A DNA stretch of 31,139 nucleotides, from positions 15,664 through 46,802 of the forward strand of contig JBHLQM010000022.1 of assembly GCA_048884785.1 (NCBI GenBank), read 5' to 3'. This document shows positions 1 through 8,391 of this stretch, one piece after another (position 1 is the first letter of the stretch; every line of letters begins with the position of its first letter). The notes beneath the pieces are model-generated. The model had not been told where the DNA came from. It was given only the letters and a program-made list of their open reading frames with translations, and did no database searches. Source of the DNA: Candidatus Thorarchaeota archaeon. GTDB lineage: Archaea > Asgardarchaeota > Thorarchaeia > Thorarchaeales > Thorarchaeaceae. The position numbers were made by a program, and so were the translations under genes.

Positions 1-3000
1 AGACCTACCCAGCTATCGTATGATGTGGAAGCGGCTGCTCCATATTTGGATAATGTTACAATTACGGTGACATTCGAGGATACACTTACCGCGGTTGGAA
101 TTGCTGGAGGGACTATTCTCCTCTCTTGTGCAACGGCAGCCGAATCGCTTGTACTGAATACCAACTACTGGATATCAGATTTGGGCGCGGGGGTGTATAA
201 TGCTTTCATTGATACCACAGCACTTGGGGCCGTTTCAACGTATTCAATCTCGGCACAAATCAGGTACTCAGGAGAACCATTCTACCAGAACAGAACAACA
301 TCTATTCCAGTTGAGGTGAGAGAGAGAGCAACACGACTTACCTACACACCTCCGTCGGAAACTCCATTCGGGAATGACTTGATTATCGCATTGAACTACT
401 ATGATGTGGATGCAGGATTGACGGGAATCTCGAATGCCGAGTCATTCTTCAGTCTTGATGAACTCAATGGTACTCCAGTAGATTCAAGTTATTATTGGGT
501 GGAGTTTGTATCTGGAGCTTCATATAGACTACATGTTAACACCACAAAGCTGGACATCTATGGAAGATATATTCTCACTATAAGCGTCGTTGGAAATCCA
601 ACCTATGAATATGATGATCAATTGATCTCGGTTGATGCAGACATTCGGGCAAGAAACACGCAGCTTACAACTGCACCCATCTCTCAGGCTAGCTACACAC
701 AGAACGCAACAGTGACTTTCTACTACAAGGACATCGAAGCGAATGTAGGGGTGTACAATGACACGATTGCAGGCGGAGTCTATGTCACCCTTAATACGTC
801 TGTCAGCTGGTGGGTTGTCCAAGAAACAGCAGGCAGATTCAAGGTATTGATCAATGCCACTGATCTTGGATCTACTGGCGAATTTGCCTTTCTGGCTTCA
901 TTTTCATGGATCAATGGAAAGCCATTCTATGAGAATCAGACACTTGAGTTCACGGTTTCAATCACTGGTGCTGGTTCACTCCTCACTTACTCCCCGCCAG
1001 AGCACGTACCAATTGGCGATGATATTGTAATTACCGTTGAATACAAAGACAGCTCAACAGGTTTTGGAATATCCAATGCTTCCGGATTTGTGCATACATC
1101 AATCACTCCGCTCAATGCAACACCCGCAGGGCCATTCCAATACATATTGACTAACCCTCAGCTGGGTGTATTTGTCTTTACAATCAATAGCACCCCCTTC
1201 TGGACGAGTGGACCAATATTCTTTGAAATAGATGTTTCATGGACAGATGGTGAATTACCATTCTACCCAGATGTGAATGGCACAATAATTAGGGCGGTCA
1301 TACGAGAGATATTCACTCAGACCCTTGCAGACGCTCCCAATCCAGGCACGGTACCGAAGGGAGACTCCACCTACGTGGTAATCGCTTTCTATGATCTGGA
1401 CCATGACAGCAATGTTCTAAGTGCAACAATAACGTCCACGTGGGCATACGGATGGTCCTACGAAGTTCTTGGAGATGGCAGTTTCAATATCACCATTCAA
1501 ACAAGTGGAATTGTAGCAACAGGGCAGGTGTCGGCACAGTTCACCTTCAATAGGTCATTCTATCAAACAAAGACTGCAACTGTGTATCTAACGATTCGCC
1601 TCATAAGCACAAGCGGATACTCAACCACACCAGATCCCTCGATTGTACCAGTTGGAGATACTGTGAGTGTTGAAATCGTCCACTTTGACACAGACCACCA
1701 GGTGAATATCACGGATGGTGCGATTGCCACAAGCTGGGCATATGGCTGGAGTTGGGTCAGAACTCCAACCGGCAGTTTCAGTATAACTCTCAACACAGCA
1801 AGTGTACCGAACCTGCTAAAGTACACAGTGACATTCACTCTATCGAAGGCGAATTATGCAAATGCAGTTGTCAGCATTCGCTTTGAAGTAAGGGCAATAC
1901 AAACTGGAATTACGGCAAGCTTCCTAACAGAGGTGGTTGCGGGTAGCAATATCACCGTCACAGTGACCTATGAAGACCTGGATCACAGTCAAGGAATCGA
2001 AGGAGCCAACATCCTAACAAATGCGCCAATGGGAACCTATGCCTGGGTCGAATTGGGTGCCGGGCAGTATAGCATAACATACTACCTCTGGTTGCAACCT
2101 GCAGGTACCTATTCTTATGATATCACAGCGACAAAGAGTCTCCACAATCCAGCATCAATGATAGTTGATTTGCAGCTCAGACAAGTGAGAACGGAGCTGA
2201 CAACGGACTATTCAATAATTCAAGTAAACTGGAGTGATCCGATTAGCCTCTCAGTATACTATGATAATCTGGATTTAGGAGGTCTCGTGGACGGCGCTAT
2301 AGTCAGGGCAACATTGAGCGGCGTGCAGTACCCAATGATATCATCTGGTTCATCCTACGACGTCACAATAGATTCAAGCTCTGTCAAGGCTGGAACCTAC
2401 CTAATAACCATCACCGCAAATAAGACCAACTTTGAGGCGCGGATAATTCAGGTAACTGTTGTTATCTCAGTTCTTGAGACCAGATTTGTGAGTCTTGGAG
2501 ATGTCTATTCATTCTCAGTTGTCAGTGGAGAGTCCGTCAATGTCACAGTATACTATGAATCTCTAGCATTTGGTGGAGTGTTGGGTGCGACAGTTGCTTA
2601 CTCATGGGACTACGGAACCGGAGTAATGGCATCTACTGGCCAAGCAGGTTACTACACGGCAATCGTTGATACAACTGACACTCCAGTGAATGTGTATACT
2701 CTATATGTTCGAGCAAACAAGTCCAACCACATCGAAGCGAGTATCTACTTCAGTCTGGATGTTGGCCTCGTTGAAACTGACTTGACACCTGTTGGCGAAG
2801 CAACACTCAGAGTGGTGTATGGAGAAATCGCAACTCTACTTGTGAATTACTCAAATGTGAATCTTGAATCACCTGTGACTGGCGCTACGCTGCTGTTCAG
2901 GTTTGGTGATGCAGATTACAACGGAACACTATCAGAGAGCTCTCCAGGAATTTACAATGCCACGATCTACACATCACAGCTGTATTCCGGAACGTTTAGC

Positions 3001-4608
3001 CTGTATATTGTTGCTACTAAGCCAGGATACGAAACTGGAACTCTCTCAATGTTGCTAGAGGTTGAGAGAATCAATACGATTGCGTCCGCACTGAATGTCA
3101 CTCTCACTATGATATATGAGCAAACAGGTGAGGTCTACTTTAGCTACCACGATATCCACTATGACCTACCAATTGAGAATGCGACACTCGAGTATCGCTG
3201 GCAAGGAGGTACCGGACTCCTGGAGGAAGTAGGAAATGGTACATACAAGATACTTCTTGATAGTACCACTGTCACTCCAGGTGTATATGATGTATATGTT
3301 ACGGCAAGTAAGAGCAACTATATGACAAGGACAACCTCATGTACGGTTCAGATCACAAAAATTGAGATGGAAATCGTAGTTAGTAATTACTTCGAAGTTC
3401 CTGTGGGAGATGTTCTGGTGATACCAATCAGAGTCAATGATATCTCATACAACCGCACAATAGAGGACATCGATGGATCGGTCGTATGGGCGCTGGGAAC
3501 TCCAACTCTAGAGGCCTTAGTGGGTGTACCTGGCAACTACACATTCATCATCCCCGCAGACACAGGCCTTGGTCAGTATGATATAACAATCATCGTCAAC
3601 AAACTTCATCACCGCACCATTTCCACAATTATCACTGTCGTAGTCCGGCCAATTGCCACCAGCCTGACCACACTTGATGGAAACAACTACGTAAGTGCTG
3701 TCAATGGGCAGTATCTCCAGATTGAAATCGTATACACTGACATCGACCATGGCTTGCCTATCTCCGGAGCAACGCTCTATGTTACTCAGACAACTGGCGT
3801 GCTAGAAGAGGGCGATGTGACAATAACTGAGGGAGCTTTGGCCGGGCATTATATCATCTCATTTGCCGTCACGGTTAGTGAGGAGTTTGAGATTGCAATC
3901 CATGCCTCGAATGGTCAAAACTACCAGGTGCAAAACCTACCATTGACCATAGTTGCCACTGCGCCGCCACAAGATCCATTGATGAACCTCATCATGATTG
4001 GTGGAAGTGCTGGAATCATCTTTGCACTGATTGGTGCTCTACTATGGGTTAAGATATTCAGTATTCCTAAAATCATTCGGATACTCAATAAGATGATCAA
4101 GTCTGTATCGAAAGGTAAGGTACCAGAGAAGCCTGAGTGTGCTGGCAGGAACGATCTTCTGCATGATATGGTCAATGAGGCGCTGGCACCAGTTGGCATC
4201 TACAAACCACTAGATGAAATGCCAACCGAAACCATCGACTTCAAGGTCCCAGAAACGGAGTCGCTTTTGATGGAACTGGCATCCATAACAGGTCTTGCAG
4301 AGTCTGATATTGCAGCTTTCCGTACCGACCTTACGAGGATGAAACCAAGTGAGCGACCGGGATTCCTCAATGAAGTCATCAAGCAGGAGAAGGCAAGACG
4401 AGCTCAAGAGCTGGCTGAAAAGCAAGCTGTGGATGAAGATGCGACTCGAACTGTCACTCCAGAGGAGCTCAGGGAAGTTGGAGAACGTCTTCTCAAGATG
4501 GGGTTACCACCTGAACAAGTTGAAGAGGTTCTAGAAAGCGCCAAGGATATGACTCGAGCTGAATTGGAAACAGTTCTGGAGCAACTCGACAAAAGCCTGA
4601 ACGAGTAG
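1..4608 (+). CDS. Giant surface (glyco)protein, 5'-truncated: at least 13 Ig-like beta-sandwich repeats of ~100 aa, one C-terminal TM helix and a ~180 aa cytosolic helical tail
   Basis: Frame 1 is open from base 1 (RPTQLSYDVEAAAPY...), so the GTG at 25 is probably not the true start. Repeats begin with an R/I-x-T-x-L-like motif and carry Y-x-D-x-D, G-I-x-x-A, G-x-Y-x-I-x-I-D/N-T and A-x-K-x-N-Y/H motifs, with many N-x-S/T sequons. The TM LIMIGGSAGIIFALIGALLWV (~3988-4050) is followed by basic residues. Confidence 0.9.
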   Translation, partial: RPTQLSYDVEAAAPYLDNVTITVTFEDTLTAVGIAGGTILLSCATAAESLVLNTNYWISDLGAGVYNAFIDTTALGAVSTYSISAQIRYSGEPFYQNRTTSIPVEVRERATRLTYTPPSETPFGNDLIIALNYYDVDAGLTGISNAESFFSLDELNGTPVDSSYYWVEFVSGASYRLHVNTTKLDIYGRYILTISVVGNPTYEYDDQLISVDADIRARNTQLTTAPISQASYTQNATVTFYYKDIEANVGVYNDTIAGGVYVTLNTSVSWWVVQETAGRFKVLINATDLGSTGEFAFLASFSWINGKPFYENQTLEFTVSITGAGSLLTYSPPEHVPIGDDIVITVEYKDSSTGFGISNASGFVHTSITPLNATPAGPFQYILTNPQLGVFVFTINSTPFWTSGPIFFEIDVSWTDGELPFYPDVNGTIIRAVIREIFTQTLADAPNPGTVPKGDSTYVVIAFYDLDHDSNVLSATITSTWAYGWSYEVLGDGSFNITIQTSGIVATGQVSAQFTFNRSFYQTKTATVYLTIRLISTSGYSTTPDPSIVPVGDTVSVEIVHFDTDHQVNITDGAIATSWAYGWSWVRTPTGSFSITLNTASVPNLLKYTVTFTLSKANYANAVVSIRFEVRAIQTGITASFLTEVVAGSNITVTVTYEDLDHSQGIEGANILTNAPMGTYAWVELGAGQYSITYYLWLQPAGTYSYDITATKSLHNPASMIVDLQLRQVRTELTTDYSIIQVNWSDPISLSVYYDNLDLGGLVDGAIVRATLSGVQYPMISSGSSYDVTIDSSSVKAGTYLITITANKTNFEARIIQVTVVISVLETRFVSLGDVYSFSVVSGESVNVTVYYESLAFGGVLGATVAYSWDYGTGVMASTGQAGYYTAIVDTTDTPVNVYTLYVRANKSNHIEASIYFSLDVGLVETDLTPVGEATLRVVYGEIATLLVNYSNVNLESPVTGATLLFRFGDADYNGTLSESSPGIYNATIYTSQLYSGTFSLYIVATKPGYETGTLSMLLEVERINTIASALNVTLTMIYEQTGEVYFSYHDIHYDLPIENATLEYRWQGGTGLLEEVGNGTYKILLDSTTVTPGVYDVYVTASKSNYMTRTTSCTVQITKIEMEIVVSNYFEVPVGDVLVIPIRVNDISYNRTIEDIDGSVVWALGTPTLEALVGVPGNYTFIIPADTGLGQYDITIIVNKLHHRTISTIITVVVRPIATSLTTLDGNNYVSAVNGQYLQIEIVYTDIDHGLPISGATLYVTQTTGVLEEGDVTITEGALAGHYIISFAVTVSEEFEIAIHASNGQNYQVQNLPLTIVATAPPQDPLMNLIMIGGSAGIIFALIGALLWVKIFSIPKIIRILNKMIKSVSKGKVPEKPECAGRNDLLHDMVNEALAPVGIYKPLDEMPTETIDFKVPETESLLMELASITGLAESDIAAFRTDLTRMKPSERPGFLNEVIKQEKARRAQELAEKQAVDEDATRTVTPEELREVGERLLKMGLPPEQVEEVLESAKDMTRAELETVLEQLDKSLNE

Positions 4609-4623
4609 ATAGTTGGTCCAGCT

Positions 4624-4668
4624 AGAGCTCCCGGACATCTTGAGTCTGGGGGCTCTGCCAGGTTTTTT
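4624..4668 (+). terminator. Hairpin plus T-run terminator after the surface protein gene
   Basis: AGAGCTCCCGGAC-(7 nt loop)-GTCTGGGGGCTCT forms a 13-bp stem with 2 G-U pairs, followed by gccaggTTTTTT. Confidence 0.65.
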
Positions 4669-4722
4669 CACCACCCAAAAGACTTCTATCCGAGATTGAT
4701 ATCAACTGATTGGAGGAAGTGA

Positions 4723-5148
4723 ATGATGCCATTCTACGAGAGTACAGAACAACTCAAAAGCGTCTTTGAAGCCTTTTGGCCTCGAGCTATCTCAAATGAA
4801 GATGTCTATCAGAAACTTGTGAGTTCAGGTATTGTGGTTCGTTTTGATATTGAACAGCCAGAGATCCATGTCACCATTGATTTCAGGAATCCAGGGCCTG
4901 ACGGAAAGCTGGGAACACTTAGTTTTGACTCGTCAGCAGAGCCTGAAATAACTGTCTGGAGTACATCCGAAACTACTAACAAGTTCTGGCAAGGAAAACT
5001 AAACACAACCGTCGCAATGGCTAAGGGAGAGGTCAAAATGAAAGGTTCCATAGCCAAGGCACTAGGATTGCTATCGAAGATAAAGCCCCTCTTCAAGATC
5101 TTTCCGGATGTGCTGAGAGATCTTGGTCTTGATCATATGGTACTATAG
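4723..5148 (+). CDS. SCP2 sterol/lipid-binding domain protein
   Basis: C-terminal signature FWQGKLNTTVAMAKGEVKMKGSIAKALGL is typical of the SCP2 family. A GGAGG RBS lies upstream. Confidence 0.85.
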   Translation: MMPFYESTEQLKSVFEAFWPRAISNEDVYQKLVSSGIVVRFDIEQPEIHVTIDFRNPGPDGKLGTLSFDSSAEPEITVWSTSETTNKFWQGKLNTTVAMAKGEVKMKGSIAKALGLLSKIKPLFKIFPDVLRDLGLDHMVL

Positions 5149-5238
5149 CATCTGGAAACTGTAAGTATCATAATCTTAATATGGAGATACTCTGAGATTA
5201 ATCATAGTTAATACTCACCTAAGATAGAGTTGATTATC

Positions 5239-5448
5239 ATGGCTCAAGCGATAACAAAGCAACAGACCATAGCCGAAGTGGTTATGAAATGGCCCGAAAC
5301 TGCAGGCACATTCATGGAATGGGGGCTGCACTGCTACGGATGTGCAGTAGCCAAGTTCGAGAACATCGAGCAGGGCGCCCTAGCTCATGGAATTGACCCT
5401 GACAAGCTAGTTGAAGCCCTAAACGAAGCAATTAATGAGAAAGAGTAG
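5239..5448 (+). CDS. DUF1858-domain small protein (CxxC, ScdA_N-like)
   Basis: TIAEVVMKWPETAGTFMEWGLHCYGC...ENIEQGALAHGIDPDKLVEALN matches the DUF1858 pattern. ATG 5239 is preferred over TTG 5230. Confidence 0.88.
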   Translation: MAQAITKQQTIAEVVMKWPETAGTFMEWGLHCYGCAVAKFENIEQGALAHGIDPDKLVEALNEAINEKE

Positions 5449-5459
5449 AACAGAGTCCT

Positions 5460-6326
5460 CTAGGACTCTTCACTCTCTTTGTTCGGCTTTGCACGGCCAT
5501 AAAGGCGGCCGGATTCTTCTTCTACCATTTCAAAACTATGTTCTTCATCAGGGAATACACCATTTCTTACTTCATTGGAGTATTCTTCTACAGCATTTTT
5601 AATGACATCATGAACATTGGCATACTTCTTGAGAAACTTGGGTTTGAAATCGTCAAATAGACCTAGCATGTCCCAGAGCACTAAGACCTGGCCATCACAA
5701 TGGAGCCCTGCTCCAATACCGATTGTGGGGATGTCAATGGCGTCAGTAATTGCCTTTGCAGTCTCAGCTGGGACCAATTCTATCACAATGGAAAATGCCC
5801 CAGCATCCTGAAGTGATACTGCCTGCGCAACGAGTTCTTCAGTAGTTTCTTTAGTTCGGCCCTGAACGCGATATCCTCCCAGCTCATAGATTGACTGAGG
5901 GGTGAGTCCAATATGACCCATCACAGGAATTCCGGAATCAACAACGGCCTTGACAATCTTTGTGACTCGCCCAGCGCCCTCAATCTTTACCGCCTCCGCA
6001 CCCCCTTTTTGAAGCATCAGACCACAGTTCTCAAGGGCTTGTTCCTCACTCACCTTGTAGCTCATGAAAGGCATATCGCCAATAATCAGACTCTTGGGTT
6101 TGGCACGTGACACAGCCGCACAGTGATGAATGATATCATCCAATGTGACTGGTATGGTACTCTCATATCCCAGGAGACTGTTCCCTACCGAGTCTCCAAC
6201 AAGGATCATATCAACGCCCGCATCACTCAGGATCCTCGCAGTAGGAGCATCATAGGCAGTCAACATCACTATCTTCTTGCCTTTGGCTTTCATCTGACGA
6301 ATTTTGAATGTGGTCTTACGCGACAC
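5460..6326 (-). CDS. panB: 3-methyl-2-oxobutanoate hydroxymethyltransferase
   Basis: Motifs MLTAYD, ILVGDS, DMPFMSY, AVKIEG, MGHIGLTPQS, PTIGIGAG..CDGQVLV. Confidence 0.97.
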   Translation of the reverse strand: MSRKTTFKIRQMKAKGKKIVMLTAYDAPTARILSDAGVDMILVGDSVGNSLLGYESTIPVTLDDIIHHCAAVSRAKPKSLIIGDMPFMSYKVSEEQALENCGLMLQKGGAEAVKIEGAGRVTKIVKAVVDSGIPVMGHIGLTPQSIYELGGYRVQGRTKETTEELVAQAVSLQDAGAFSIVIELVPAETAKAITDAIDIPTIGIGAGLHCDGQVLVLWDMLGLFDDFKPKFLKKYANVHDVIKNAVEEYSNEVRNGVFPDEEHSFEMVEEESGRLYGRAKPNKESEES

Positions 6327-6417
6327 TCAGTAACACTCCAATGAATTACTAAGTATCTCTGGCATATATAGAATTCCAAGAGAGAATATGGTCGTCATTA
6401 TATTCTATATATTTATT

Positions 6418-8373
6418 CTAGATTTTGGCAAAGAATGTGTCAGTGGCTGAGAGATATACACCTTGGATCAAAGCCTTGAGAAGACAGAGTGCCAGTCTTT
6501 GTTGGATGTTTTGCTTTTTGGCAAAATCAGATACATTTAGGTTCCCAACATCTCTAAGATGCTCATTTAATAGATTGAGCCACCTTTCAGAAGCAACCAT
6601 TCCGCATGAATCCACAATCATATCATCTTCATTCAGTGTTTCTTTGGTCTCAGCTGCAACCTCATCATAGGATAGCTTGAGCTTCTGTACCAAGTCTTTC
6701 AGGTTGAAGATGCCTCGGTATCTCAATGCATCCGTAACTTGGCTCAGAAGCCATTCCTTGCTAACAAAGGTGTCATTTGATGTAGAAAATGCAGATGCAC
6801 GTAGAGGAGTGAACAACCGTTCGATATCATTGATATCAAATCCCCGTTCTGAAGCAAATGTCCCCAAATCTAATTCTCCACCTTTCTTGAAAATACTCTC
6901 TAGCTCCTTGGTCAGCGCCTTTCTTGAAACAAGCTTTCCTGTAGCGTCGGGAAGTGTATCATTCTGAATTCCTGAAAGAATGGATTCTACCACACTAGGC
7001 TCAGTATCAAACCTCTTCGCTAGCTCTTCGGGGGTAAAATAGCCTCCTTTACTAACACTATCAGAAACGAGCTTTCGTATCCACGAAATAGAAAGGTAGT
7101 GGCCTGAACGATTCATTGTAACTCTAAGTCCAAAACGCTTCAGAATTGCAGCGAGTTCAACTCTATTGATTTTCCATTGATTTTGGAACTTATCCGAATC
7201 CACCATCCCTGTTGTTCGGACCTCTTCAAGTATCCAATTCTTCATCGCTCTATATGAGATGTAATATCGGTCCTTCGTCCTTCGGATGCCAGGTTGATTT
7301 CTCAAGATGCGTTCAGCAAGTCCTGTGTCAATGCCAATATTTGATGCTACTTCTTCCACAGGTATGATACCTGCAAGATCGACATCATCCTGAAGCTGAG
7401 AACGCAGCTGATCCAGTGTCATTACTGAACCATCATTCGTTGAGATTAGAGTTAGCCCTGATTGCCTGAGTAGCATTTGCAGTTGAGGAGAAGGAATGTT
7501 TAGGCTCCTTGCTTCTGAATTTAAATCGAGACAACCTAGCTCCTCGAGCCTTGAAAGAAGATGTTCCTGAAGTATGTGGGATGGATATAGCCTATTATCA
7601 GTGGATTGAATGAAGTCCCACTTGTACAGACGAACCACTGTAAGTATATCTTCTGAGGAGAGGTCCAGTCTATTGGATTCTGCATCAAGGTCTAGATACC
7701 CTCGTTTTCCAACACCCCGTTCCAGAGATGAGAGGAGCCACTTAACGGAATACATCAATCCTAGAGAAGACTGCCACACATACCAGCCCCATGTCCTAAC
7801 TAGCCGTATTAGCTCCTCAACATCCACCTGCAGGCGTTGAGACTCAGCCATCACATCAACTCGGCCTTGAAGCTCGAGTGACTCCCTGATCCGATTCTTG
7901 AGATTCGGGACTAGAAGGTAATTTCCATCTTTTGTTAGAAGAATATCTAGACTCTCTCGCTCGCTAATCTCTTCAACCAGTCGGGATATCTCGGAGGGAG
8001 CCACATCCCAGCGCACTGCTTCTTTGTCTATATTTACTGTCGAATTGTTGACGAGTGTTTCTTTTAGTTTAGTAGACAGCAGCAGGGACGATACGACGGA
8101 AGATTTGGAAAAACTTAGGATTGCCAGCTTGCATCTGCTGATCAGATTTAGCAGGGTTTTAGTATCAATCCACGTGGCTTCTGTAAGGTGAATCAGCTCT
8201 GAAAGACTGACTGATAATCTTGAGAACATTAAATGGTCTAATTCTTCAACGAATTTCTTTCGCCTTCGAGTATACCAGCGAATGTATCCACCGATAACAA
8301 TTGCAGATAATATGAGGGCTATGATCATTGACCCAATCGTGTCACCCAACAGTGGAATCTGCAGTAGTATCAC
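6418..8373 (-). CDS. Membrane-anchored tandem winged-helix-repeat protein (UFL1/DDRGK1-like)
   Basis: N-terminal TM (MIIALILSAIVIGGYI) followed by RRRKK, then about 10-11 repeats of ~55 aa with pattern x-T-x-D-G-x-Y...L...L...G-x-h-D/N-h...A-x-x-L-x-h...I-x-x-h-L. The ORF is solid; the family call is by eye. Confidence 0.7.
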   Translation of the reverse strand: MILLQIPLLGDTIGSMIIALILSAIVIGGYIRWYTRRRKKFVEELDHLMFSRLSVSLSELIHLTEATWIDTKTLLNLISRCKLAILSFSKSSVVSSLLLSTKLKETLVNNSTVNIDKEAVRWDVAPSEISRLVEEISERESLDILLTKDGNYLLVPNLKNRIRESLELQGRVDVMAESQRLQVDVEELIRLVRTWGWYVWQSSLGLMYSVKWLLSSLERGVGKRGYLDLDAESNRLDLSSEDILTVVRLYKWDFIQSTDNRLYPSHILQEHLLSRLEELGCLDLNSEARSLNIPSPQLQMLLRQSGLTLISTNDGSVMTLDQLRSQLQDDVDLAGIIPVEEVASNIGIDTGLAERILRNQPGIRRTKDRYYISYRAMKNWILEEVRTTGMVDSDKFQNQWKINRVELAAILKRFGLRVTMNRSGHYLSISWIRKLVSDSVSKGGYFTPEELAKRFDTEPSVVESILSGIQNDTLPDATGKLVSRKALTKELESIFKKGGELDLGTFASERGFDINDIERLFTPLRASAFSTSNDTFVSKEWLLSQVTDALRYRGIFNLKDLVQKLKLSYDEVAAETKETLNEDDMIVDSCGMVASERWLNLLNEHLRDVGNLNVSDFAKKQNIQQRLALCLLKALIQGVYLSATDTFFAKI

Positions 8374-8391
8374 TCAACCTATTCCTTGTAT

